The notes beneath the pieces were generated by a model. The model was not told the DNA's origin. It was given only the letters and a program-made list of their open reading frames with translations, and searched no databases. From an uncultured Candidatus Rokubacteria bacterium (GTDB lineage: Bacteria > Methylomirabilota > Methylomirabilia > Rokubacteriales > CSP1-6): a stretch of 39,956 bases of DNA. Made by a program: the position numbers and the translations under genes. The DNA is taken from the NCBI GenBank assembly GCA_963789955.1, contig CAWBMV010000023.1:1-39956 (forward strand). The letters are read 5' to 3'. This document shows, one piece after another, positions 31,916-39,956 of the stretch; position 1 is the stretch's first letter, and every line of letters begins with the position of its first letter.

Positions 31916-33439
31916 ATGAGCGCCCAGGCGTTCACGGTCTACGACCTGCTCGTGCGGGGCGCGTCGCTCCATGGCGACGCGCCCGCGCTGATCCAATCCA
32001 CGCGGCAGTGGACCTTCCGTCAGCTCCTCGAGCGCACCGACCGCCTGGCGGCCGGGCTGGCGGGCCTCGGGCTGTCCAAGGGCGATCGGATCTGCATCCT
32101 CGCCCAGAACGACGTGGGCTACGTCGATCTGTACGGCGCCTGCGCCCGCCAGGGCATCATCGCGTACCCGATCAACTGGCGCCTGACGGCGCCGGAGGTC
32201 GAGCGCGTCCTGGAGCGCGCGTCGCCGGTGATGATGGTGGCGGACGCGTCCACCCTGCCGGTCGTCGGCGAGTGGCCGCGGACCAAGCGCGGCATCGCGC
32301 ACTGGTACCAGCTCGGCGAGGCACCGCCGGCGCCAGGTTTCACGGCGCTGGCGAGCCTCTACCACGACGGCGAGGCGCCGCCGGTCGCCGACGTGGCCGG
32401 CGACGACCCCTTCGCGGTGATCTCCACGGCGGCGGTGGACGTGATCCCGCGCGGCGCCGTGCTCACGCACGCGAACATGATCACGGCGTCGCTCGTGGTC
32501 GTGCAGAGTCTCGGGTTCACGGCCGTCGATCGCTACCTGCTCGCGCTGCCGCTGTTTCACATCACGGCGCTCGGCAACTTCGTGGCGCACCTGCACGCGG
32601 GCGGCGCCTGCGTGCTGGTCCCGCGCTATGACGCCGAGGAGGCGGTGCGCCTGATCGACGCGCATCGCATCACCCACCTTTCAGACTTTCCGCCGGTGCT
32701 CGTCAACCTGCTGGACGCGGCGAAGAAGCTCGGGAGCAAGCTGCCGAGCTTGAAGCACGTGTCGGGGCTCGACGCGCCGCCCACCATCCAGCGACTGCAC
32801 GACGAGACCCACGCGCAGTTCTGGACGGGCTTCGGGCAGTCCGAGACCACCGGGTTTGTCAGCATCCAGCGCGTCCGCGACAAGCCCGGCGCCGCCGGTC
32901 GCCCGATCCCCGTGTGCCGGGTGCGGCTCGTCGACGACTACGATCGCGAGGTGGCGACCGGCACGCCCGGCGAGATCGTGGTGCGCGGGCCGGTCGTGTT
33001 CCAGGGCTACTTCGGCCAGCCCGACGTGACCGCGTACACCCTGCGCAACGGCTGGCACCACACCGGCGACGTGGGCCGCTTCGACGACGAGGGCTGGCTC
33101 TACTACGTCAGGCGCAAGCCGGAAAAGGAGCTGATCAAGCCCGGCGGCGAAAACGTCTACCCGGCCGAGGTCGAGTCGGTGATCGTGCAGATGGACGGTA
33201 TCGGCGCGGCGTGCGTCTACGGCGTCCCCGACGTCAAGTGGGGCGAGTCGATCAAGGCGGTCGTCGAAGTGCGGCCGGCCGACCACTATACGGCTCAGCA
33301 GGTGATCGACTTCGTGGGCTCGAAGATCGCCCGGTTCAAGCGCCCACACGCGGTGGTGTTCACCGATGCGCTGCCCCGGACCGCCGACGGCGCCGTGGAC
33401 CGCGAAGCCGTGAAGGCCAGGTGGGGCACCGGAGCGTGA
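31916..33439 (+). CDS. AMP-binding (ANL superfamily) protein with degenerate catalytic motifs
   Basis: LPLFHI, GFGQSE, GEIVVRGP, GWHHTGDVG, GGENVYPAEVE present; P-loop reads STAAVDVIPRG and the C-terminal Lys motif reads PRTADGAVDR. Confidence 0.88.
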   Translation: MSAQAFTVYDLLVRGASLHGDAPALIQSTRQWTFRQLLERTDRLAAGLAGLGLSKGDRICILAQNDVGYVDLYGACARQGIIAYPINWRLTAPEVERVLERASPVMMVADASTLPVVGEWPRTKRGIAHWYQLGEAPPAPGFTALASLYHDGEAPPVADVAGDDPFAVISTAAVDVIPRGAVLTHANMITASLVVVQSLGFTAVDRYLLALPLFHITALGNFVAHLHAGGACVLVPRYDAEEAVRLIDAHRITHLSDFPPVLVNLLDAAKKLGSKLPSLKHVSGLDAPPTIQRLHDETHAQFWTGFGQSETTGFVSIQRVRDKPGAAGRPIPVCRVRLVDDYDREVATGTPGEIVVRGPVVFQGYFGQPDVTAYTLRNGWHHTGDVGRFDDEGWLYYVRRKPEKELIKPGGENVYPAEVESVIVQMDGIGAACVYGVPDVKWGESIKAVVEVRPADHYTAQQVIDFVGSKIARFKRPHAVVFTDALPRTADGAVDREAVKARWGTGA

Positions 33440-34584
33440 AGGTCTTCGCCGAGCATCACGAGATGTTCCGCGCGAGCGTGCGCGCCTTCGTCGAGCGCGA
33501 GGTGGCGCCGCACGTCGAAGCGTGGGAGGCCGCGGGTCGGATCCCGAAGACGATCTGGCCCCGCATGGGCGAGCTCGGCCTGCTCGGCGTCGAGTACGAC
33601 GAGAAGTACGGCGGCGCGGGCGCCGATCTCTTCACGACCGCCGTCCTGCACGAGGAGTGCGCGCGGTCGCGGTCGGGCTCGTTCGCAATGGCCGTCGGCG
33701 TCCACACCGATATGGCGTCGCCCCACCTCTACTGGACGGGCAGCGAGGCGTTGAAGGAGAGGTACCTGCCCGGGATCTGCCGCGGCGAGAAGCTCTGCGC
33801 GCTCGCCGTGACCGAGCCGGGCGGCGGCAGCGACGTCGCCGCGATCCGTACGCGCGCCACCCGCGACGGCGATCACTACGTCCTGAACGGCTCGAAGATG
33901 TTCATCACCAACGGCGCCCTGGCCGATCTCTACTTCGTCGCGGCCCGCGTCGAGGCCGGCGACATCGGCCGCCGTCATCGCGGCATCTCGGTGTTCCTGG
34001 TCGAGCGCGAGACGCCGGGCTTCGCCGTGAGCCGCACCCTGGCCAAGACGGGAATGCTCGCCTCGGACACCGCCGAGCTCTCGTTCCAGGACGCGCGGGT
34101 TCCCGCCGAGAATCTGCTCGGCCGCGAGGGCGTCGGCTTCTACGAGGTCATGCGCGTCTTCCAGCGCGAGCGGCTCGTGGCCGGACTGCACGCGGTCGCG
34201 ATGTCCCAGCGCGCGCTCGAGGACACCATCGCCTACGTGCGCGAGCGCCAGGCGTTCGGCGGGCCGCTGTCGGACAAGCAGGTCGTGCGACACAAGCTCG
34301 CCGACCTGGCGACCCTGATCGAGGCCGGCCGCCAGCTCACCTACGCCGCGTGCCGGCACTACGCGGACGGCGAGGAGGCGGTGCTCGAGGTCTCGATGGC
34401 CAAGCTCTTCACCGCCGAGCTGGCCAACCGCGTCGCCTACGATTGCGTGCAGCTCCACGGCGGCTACGGGTACATGCGCGAGTACGCGATCGAGCGCTTC
34501 GCGCGCGACGCCCGGCTCTTCACGATCGGCGGCGGCACCAGCGAGATCATGAAGGAGATCATCGCCAAGGAGCTCAAGCTCTAG
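33436..34584 (+). CDS. Acyl-CoA dehydrogenase (LCAD-like)
   Basis: GTG start overlapping the upstream stop; AVTEPGGGSD, NGSKMFITNG, ERL, RQAFG, QLHGGYGYMRE, IGGGTSEIMK. Confidence 0.93.
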   Translation: MKVFAEHHEMFRASVRAFVEREVAPHVEAWEAAGRIPKTIWPRMGELGLLGVEYDEKYGGAGADLFTTAVLHEECARSRSGSFAMAVGVHTDMASPHLYWTGSEALKERYLPGICRGEKLCALAVTEPGGGSDVAAIRTRATRDGDHYVLNGSKMFITNGALADLYFVAARVEAGDIGRRHRGISVFLVERETPGFAVSRTLAKTGMLASDTAELSFQDARVPAENLLGREGVGFYEVMRVFQRERLVAGLHAVAMSQRALEDTIAYVRERQAFGGPLSDKQVVRHKLADLATLIEAGRQLTYAACRHYADGEEAVLEVSMAKLFTAELANRVAYDCVQLHGGYGYMREYAIERFARDARLFTIGGGTSEIMKEIIAKELKL

Positions 34585-34591
34585 TCCCGGT

Positions 34592-35434
34592 GTGAGCGCG
34601 CCTGACTTCGTCGCCATCGGGCACGTCACGCTCGACCGCTTCGGCGAAAGCACGCGCCCGGGCGGCTCCGCGCTCTACGCCGCCGTCACGGCCCATCGCC
34701 TGGGCCTCTCCGTCGGCCTCCTCACCAGTCACGGCGACGACTTTCCCCTGGACGTGATTCCGTCGAAGATCGAGGTCGTCAGCTTGCCGGCCGACGAGAC
34801 GACCGTGTTCGAGCACCGGCACGAGCCGAGCGGCCGCGTCTCGCACGTCCGCGGCGTGGCCAGCCCGCTGACGGCGGCCGACGTGCCCGAAGACTGGCGC
34901 GAGGCCGCGTTGACCCTGCTGGCGCCCGTGGTCGACGAGGTCGATCCGATGATCGCGACGCTCTTCACCGACGGCGCCGTGGGCGCCGCCGCGCAGGGCT
35001 GGGTGCGGCAGGTGAAGCCGGACGGGCTCGTCATCCCGCGCCCCTGGCAGTCGCCCGAGCGCCTGCTGCAGTCGGTCCAGGCGCTGTTCCTGAGCCGCGA
35101 GGACATCATCGGCCAGGAGGCCCAGGTGATCGAGTGGTTCCAGCGCATACCCGTCGGCGTCCTCACGGCCGACCGCGCCGGCGCCTTGCTGTTCGTGAAC
35201 GGCGAGCGGTACGAGGTTCAGCCGCGGGCGGCGCGCGAGGTCGAGCCGACCGGCGCCGGCGACGTGTTCGCCGCGACCTTTCTCATCCAGTACCAGCGCG
35301 ACGGTGACCCGTGGGAGGCGGCGGCCGCCGCGGCCTGCGCCGGCTCGCTCGCGGTGGAGGGCGAGGGGTGGTCGTCGGTCGCCGACCGCGCCGCGCTCGA
35401 CGCGGCGCTCGCGGAGTACCAGCGCAACGCTTGA
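34592..35434 (+). CDS. PfkB/ribokinase-family carbohydrate kinase
   Basis: N-terminal IGHVTLD and PGGSALY; C-terminal EPTGAGDVFAA. Confidence 0.9.
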   Translation: MSAPDFVAIGHVTLDRFGESTRPGGSALYAAVTAHRLGLSVGLLTSHGDDFPLDVIPSKIEVVSLPADETTVFEHRHEPSGRVSHVRGVASPLTAADVPEDWREAALTLLAPVVDEVDPMIATLFTDGAVGAAAQGWVRQVKPDGLVIPRPWQSPERLLQSVQALFLSREDIIGQEAQVIEWFQRIPVGVLTADRAGALLFVNGERYEVQPRAAREVEPTGAGDVFAATFLIQYQRDGDPWEAAAAAACAGSLAVEGEGWSSVADRAALDAALAEYQRNA

Positions 35435-35435
35435 G

Positions 35436-35557
35436 GCTCTCGGTCCGGTCGCGGGTGAGGCTGGGGGCCGGTGCTGCGACCACGCGGCACGCGTTCGCTG
35501 CTCCTCCGCGGCTGGGCTCCATCCCGGCGCCTGTGCGCCCGTTGATGCTTGGAGGGA
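35436..35557 (+). repeat. Long-stem/80-nt-core element, copy E (right arm missing)
   Basis: G-rich left arm ending GACC (35478-35481), then ACGCGGCACGCGTTCGC...GCGGCTGGGCTCCATCCCGGCGC...GGAGGGA; similarity stops 6 nt before the IS target duplication. Confidence 0.85.
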
Positions 35558-35579
35558 GCTTGCTCCACGGTGCCGCTTC

Positions 35580-37171
35580 TGTCGCTGTTCAACGAGAATG
35601 TCCTCCCCGCTGTTAAATAGAAATGTCCTCCTCGGTCGGTGGTGCGGCGTGTCGAGCACGTTGGCGACGTGAGAACGTCGCGTTCCAGGGATGCGTGGGC
35701 GAATTGCGCCGGCGGGATGAGGCCGGCGGTGGGCCAGGCGGTGGGGTGGTCTGGGGGGTCGGGAGAGGGCGGGCCGCCTCGTGATCGCGCGGCCTGGGGG
35801 CGCGTGGGTTCTCGGGATCCAGGCGTGGGCGCGATGGGAATGGCGCGCGCGCCGAGGTGAGCGGAGCGCGCTCGAGCTCACCGAGCGCGTGACGCAGAGG
35901 CCCGCGCCGGGGACGCCGGCGGGCCTGCCCGGGCCCCTCGCGCGGCTTGAGCACGAAGGCGGGGCCGGGCGACGGCTGCCGGGCGATCACGGTGTCGTGG
36001 TAGAGCGACGCGGAGGTGGCCGTCGAGGCGTTCGCTGGACCTGGACGTGACAGCCGGCATAGGAGCGCCCGCGAGGGCCGGGGGGAATCTGCACCCAGCG
36101 CGCCCCGAGGTGCACGGTGTTGTCGCGGGCCACCGTGCGCGGATAGCGGCAGCTCAAGAGGTCGGCGAGATCGCGCGGCACCGGGCGCCAGGCGGGGGTG
36201 GCATCCGCGGGCGGCTGCGCAAAGCGGCGCGTGAAGTCGGCGAGGAACTCGGGCAGGAAGGCGTTGCCGTCCTCGAGCGTGCGGATGCCGCGCAGCCGCA
36301 ATTCGCTGGTGAGGCGATCCTGGAGGGTGCCCCAGAGCCGTTCGATGCGGCCTTTGGCTTGCGGCGAGTGGGCCCGAATGAAGCCGATGCCGAGGGCCTG
36401 CAACATGCGGCCGAAGTGCGTGGGGTCCTGGTGGCCCTGGAGCTCTTCGGCGAGCGTCCAGTGGGCATCGTTGCGCGCGAAGACGTTGAGGCGGTCGCCG
36501 TAGAGTTCCAGCGGCAGGCCATACATCCGGCAGGTGCGCTCGAGCACGGCGACGTAGCCATGCAGATCCTCATGGGGACGGAACCACAGGGCGAGCGGCG
36601 TGGAGGTCGCATCATCGATCACGCCATGCAGGGTCGCCAGGGGGCCGCGGTCCTCGAACCAGGCGAAGGGGCTGGCGTCGAGCTGGGCCAGTTGGCCGAG
36701 GGCCGGTTTGCGGGGGCGCCGGCTACGATGCTGCGGGGCGGACCGCCGGCGCGTGGCCGGGTGCCCCAGCGCCAGGCGGATGCGAGCGCACCGCGGAGCG
36801 ACTGACGGCGAGCTGATGGACCTCGCGCAGCTTCTCCGTGAGATGGACGTCATTGAAGCCGGCGTAGGTCGTGGTCATGAGCGCGGCGATCTGCTCGCGC
36901 GCCTGCGGGGCCAGGCGCCGGTTGCCGGGGCGCCCCCGCAGGGCGTGGAGCAGGCCCGGGCGCCTCCCTCCCGGAAGCGCCTCTTCAGTCGTCGGAACTG
37001 CCGGACGCTCAACCCCAGCGCCCTCGCTCCTTGCGCATTCGTGATGCGTCCGGCCAGCGCGGCTTTGAGCAACCCGGCCCGCGGCACTTCCTTGCTGCTC
37101 ATCGAGAAGGTCTCCATGGGGGGACACTTCTATCGAACAGATAGGGAGGACAGTTCTATTTAGCAGCGGCA
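35580..37171 (-). mobile_element. IS1202-family (ISNCY, IS481-like DDE) insertion sequence, 1592 bp, 16-bp target duplication
   Basis: Ends TGTCGCTGTTCAACGAGAATGTCCTCCC and, as reverse complement, TGCCGCTGCTAAATAGAACTGTCCTCCC, each with a second internal repeat; flanked by TCCACGGTGCCGCTTC at 35564-35579 and 37172-37187. Confidence 0.9.
35613..37117 (-). CDS. IS1202/ISNCY DDE transposase (frameshifted; sequencing error or pseudogene)
   Basis: N-terminal HTH (ARALGLSVRQFRRLKRRF); QLDAS, LYGDR, SPQAKGRIERLWGTLQDRL DDE motifs; C-terminal HPW; split over several frames. Confidence 0.88.
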
Positions 37172-37187
37172 TCCACGGTGCCGCTTC

Positions 37188-37217
37188 TTGACTTGCGTTC
37201 GAAGCGGAGCCTAACCT
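37188..37217 (+). promoter_or_regulatory. Candidate sigma70 promoter, probably giving a leaderless mRNA
   Basis: TTGACT, 18-nt spacer, TAACCT; ATG 37225 follows after 7 nt with no clear SD in between. Confidence 0.5.
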
Positions 37218-37224
37218 GAGCCGG

Positions 37225-37596
37225 ATGGACCGCGCGATCCGGATCACAGCAGGCTCTGTCTCGGCCGGGGCACGGCTCAACGAGTCGAAGACGGCGGGCG
37301 CGATCTGGGATGCGCTGCCGATCGAGGCGAAGGGCCAGACGTGGGGCGACGAGATCTACTTCGACATCGGCCTGACGGCGCCCGCCGAGAAGGCGCGCGA
37401 GGTCGTGGACGTCGGCGACCTCGCCTACTGGCCGCCCGGCCAGGCGTTTTGCATTTTCTTCGGGCGGACACCGGCGAGCCTGGGCGATGAGTGTCGCGCG
37501 GCGAGCCCGGTGAACGTCGTGGGCAAGATCATGGGCGACGCCCGAGTGTTCACGACGGTGCGCTCGGGCTCGCGCGTGACGATCGAGCGGCAATGA
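37225..37596 (+). CDS. Cyclophilin-like fold protein (DUF369/TM1367-like)
   Basis: TAGAIWDALPI, WGDEIYF, VGDLAYWPPGQAFCIFFGRTP, SPVNVVG. Confidence 0.85.
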   Translation: MDRAIRITAGSVSAGARLNESKTAGAIWDALPIEAKGQTWGDEIYFDIGLTAPAEKAREVVDVGDLAYWPPGQAFCIFFGRTPASLGDECRAASPVNVVGKIMGDARVFTTVRSGSRVTIERQ

Positions 37597-37629
37597 CCCG
37601 GCCGGCCATTCACTGAGAGGGAGGGCGCG

Positions 37630-38280
37630 ATGAAGATCTTTCTCGACACGGCGAGCATCAGCGAGATCAAGGAAGGCGTGGCGCTGGGCGTGGTCGATGG
37701 CGTGACCACCAACCCGTCGCTGATCGCCAAGGAGAAGCGTCCGTTCCGTCCGCTGGTCGAGGAGATCTGCGCGATCGTCCCCGGCGACGTGAGCCTGGAG
37801 GTGGTCGCGACGGACTTCGAAGGCATGGTGAAGGAAGGCGAGGAGCTCGCGCAGGTCGCGCCGAACGCCGTCGTGAAGTGTCCGCTCACCAAGGACGGCC
37901 TCAAGGCGGTGAAGTACCTCTCGGGCAAGGGCATCCGCGTGAACCAGACCTTGTGCTTCTCGGCGACCCAGGCGCTGCTCTCCGCGAAGGCGGGCGCCGT
38001 CTACATCAGCCCGTTCCTCGGACGTCTCGACGACATCTCGCACGTCGGCATGGACCTGGTCCGCGACATCTGCGAGATCTACCGCGTCCAGGGGTTCAAG
38101 ACCCAGGTGCTCGCGGCTTCGATCCGCAACCCGCTGCACGTCATCGACGCCGCCAAGGCCGGCGCGCACGTCGTGACGCTTCCGTTCGCGGTGCTCGAGC
38201 AGCTCATGAAGCACCCGCTGACCGACATCGGGCTCAAGAAGTTCCTCGAGGACTGGGCGAAGCTCGGCGAGAAGATCTGA
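37630..38280 (+). CDS. tal: Transaldolase (short TalC/FSA family)
   Basis: [16 protein letters not shown], Schiff-base Lys in [26 protein letters not shown]; Glu in SLEV and Phe in SPF indicate transaldolase rather than FSA. Confidence 0.93.
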   Translation: MKIFLDTASISEIKEGVALGVVDGVTTNPSLIAKEKRPFRPLVEEICAIVPGDVSLEVVATDFEGMVKEGEELAQVAPNAVVKCPLTKDGLKAVKYLSGKGIRVNQTLCFSATQALLSAKAGAVYISPFLGRLDDISHVGMDLVRDICEIYRVQGFKTQVLAASIRNPLHVIDAAKAGAHVVTLPFAVLEQLMKHPLTDIGLKKFLEDWAKLGEKI

Positions 38281-38461
38281 GCCGGCGGCACCGGCCCGGC
38301 ATAGTCCGGTAGTCCCGAACTTACACCGCCCTGGAGAAGGTACACGCTTCTCGAGGGCCCGTGGTGCGCGAAACCCGCCAAAAACCTATTCCTCCAAGTG
38401 GCAGAAGGCTTGCTCTGTATGTGTGTCGCAGTGCGCGAGATCCCAGGAGGAGATACTCCAG

Positions 38462-38854
38462 ATGCCACAAGCGGGGACGTTCGCAAGCAAGCGCTCGCCG
38501 ACGATCGAACGTGGCCTCCGTACGGTGACCGACGCGAGCTTCGCGGCCGACGTCGAGCGATCGCCGCTCCCGGTGCTGCTCGACGTGTGGGCGCCCTGGT
38601 GCTGGCCTTGCCAGATCATCGGGCCGGTGGTCGAGGAGATCGCGATCGAGATGGCGGGCCGATTGCGCGTAGGCCGGGTCAACGTCGACGAGAATCCGTC
38701 GACGACCGCGCGCTTCGAGATCAACAGCATCCCGACCTTACTGCTCATCGAGCGCGGACGCGAGATCGATCGGATCAGCGGAGTTCAGACCAAGGCCGAG
38801 ATCGCGCGGAGGATCGCGCGGATCCTTCGCACGGGCTCACGCGCGGCGTCATGA
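38462..38854 (+). CDS. Thioredoxin family protein (WCWPC active site)
   Basis: VTDASF, VLLDVWAPWCWPC, VNVDEN, SIPTLL; AGGAGG upstream of ATG 38462. Confidence 0.85.
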   Translation: MPQAGTFASKRSPTIERGLRTVTDASFAADVERSPLPVLLDVWAPWCWPCQIIGPVVEEIAIEMAGRLRVGRVNVDENPSTTARFEINSIPTLLLIERGREIDRISGVQTKAEIARRIARILRTGSRAAS

Positions 38855-39036
38855 TTCGCCGTCGCGCCCGGTAAGTTCTCTATAGAGAGACTACCCGAGA
38901 GAACTACCCGCCGCCCCGGGAGCCCGGGCGGAACCTCACGACTTTCCTGATCGCTCGATCATGGCAGGCTGCTTGCTCCTTGGGGAGATTGGGGCGCTCG
39001 TCGGGAGCTGTGCGGTGAGCGCGCCGGGAGGCAGTC

Positions 39037-39516
39037 ATGCTGAGTCGAGGTCGTGTTGCCGGATTAGCGTGGGGATTTCTTGCCGTGGCCGCCGTGGCGG
39101 GCTGTGCGACTCAACGAAGCGCCGTCGCGCCCGTCGCGATGGAACGGAGCAGTTCCTCGGATACCGCCTCGATCGCGGGCGTGTGGGAAGGCGAAGTGTG
39201 GGAGATGCCGACGCACTACATCCAGGGTGTCCGCCGCATCACGTTGAACGTCCATCAGGACGGGTCGTGGACCGCGACGAGCGCCGGGGTCCAGTGTGCC
39301 TCGGGAACCGCGTCGGTTCGCGGCGGCCTGGTCGTACTCGCCGGTACGCGGACGGGCCCGGATTTCTGTATGCCGTATTCGCTCACGTCGAAGGACGGAC
39401 GTATGAAGGCCGTGTTCGACACCTCGTTCAAGGCGCGTGAGACGTCGGCGATGATCGATCTCACGCGCGTCAAGGAGCCGCTGCCCGCAGCGGCGCAGGC
39501 GCCGACCCAGCCCTAG
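39037..39516 (+). CDS. Hypothetical lipoprotein
   Basis: GGGAGG RBS; lipobox VAG-C; IAGVWEG beta-strand start; two further Cys. Confidence 0.65.
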   Translation: MLSRGRVAGLAWGFLAVAAVAGCATQRSAVAPVAMERSSSSDTASIAGVWEGEVWEMPTHYIQGVRRITLNVHQDGSWTATSAGVQCASGTASVRGGLVVLAGTRTGPDFCMPYSLTSKDGRMKAVFDTSFKARETSAMIDLTRVKEPLPAAAQAPTQP

Positions 39517-39639
39517 CACTCGTTCGAGCCGCCGGCAGGCCGAGCGCGTCCCGCCGAGGCGGCAGGCATCGCCTCGGCGTCGACATCATTCTCGGTTGCC
39601 TCGCGTCGCCTGCCGTAGAATGCCTAGCGGTCACGACGA

Positions 39640-39956
39640 ATGGTTTCCCGCCGAGAGGAAGCGCTCATTCCCGCGCCCGCAAGGCTCACGCGCCGCGAAT
39701 TCGGCGGCGGGCTCGTCGCGACGCTGGCCGTTCTGGGCGGTGGCTGCGCGACCCTCTCGCCCAGCGAGGAGCGCAAGCTCGGAGAGGAGGCCGCCGAAGA
39801 GGTCGAGCGGACGGTCGGGCTCGTCGAGCGATCCGACAGCTCGTCGGCTACGTCCGGCAGGTGGCCGGCCGGATCGCGGCGGCGGCGAAGCGCCCCGACG
39901 TGACCTGGGAGGTCAGCGTGACCGACGACGAGCAATACGATGAGTCAGGCACCAGA
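39640..39956 (+). CDS. M48-family (BepA/YfgC-like) metalloprotease lipoprotein, N-terminal fragment
   Basis: LTRREF Tat-like motif, GGG-C lipobox, SPSEERKLGEEAA, then after a frameshift LVGYVRQVAGRIAAAAKRPDVTWEV; HExxH not reached in the window. Confidence 0.55.

Noticed and set aside
32914..33435. N-terminal extension on the acyl-CoA dehydrogenase (likewise 21417-22058 on the SBP and 5972-6220 on paralogue 2)
   Set aside because: These overlap upstream genes in another frame. Better starts with an RBS, a signal peptide or translational coupling exist downstream.
11937..35557. Reading the repeat family as a CRISPR array, integron attC array or rho-independent terminators
   Set aside because: Copies are dispersed, not tandem with spacers; no cas or intI gene; no RYYYAAC/GTTRRRY ends; no U-tracts; and they sit inside co-directional operons.

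Overview
High-GC bacterial chromosomal segment dominated by organic-acid uptake and catabolism. The transporter-rich content and repeat style suggest a soil lineage such as Ca. Rokubacteria (inference only). Left part (- strand): a Tat-exported NitT/TauT-type binding protein, two tandem paralogous membrane proteins of unknown function, a Dpp/Opp-type ABC module without ATPase genes, and two secreted proteins. Middle (+ strand): an atypical crotonase, a Liv-type ABC transporter, a BadI/MenB-like crotonase and an NCS2 permease. These are followed by two back-to-back paralogous acyl-CoA-synthetase + Liv-type ABC modules, a lipoprotein truncated haemoglobin, a motif-degenerate ANL-family protein, an acyl-CoA dehydrogenase and a PfkB kinase. 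Right part: an IS1202-family element with both ends and a 16-bp target duplication, a cyclophilin-like protein, transaldolase, a WCWPC thioredoxin and two lipoproteins. Many genes between about 11.5 and 29.4 kb, and the transposase, are broken by small indels, most likely read or assembly errors. The most unusual signal is non-coding: five intergenic copies of a roughly 150-175 bp element (one truncated, one with a divergent core). Its 41-48 bp terminal stems differ in sequence between copies yet stay paired. In three copies the stems enclose a core of exactly 80 nt with three conserved blocks and two variable windows.
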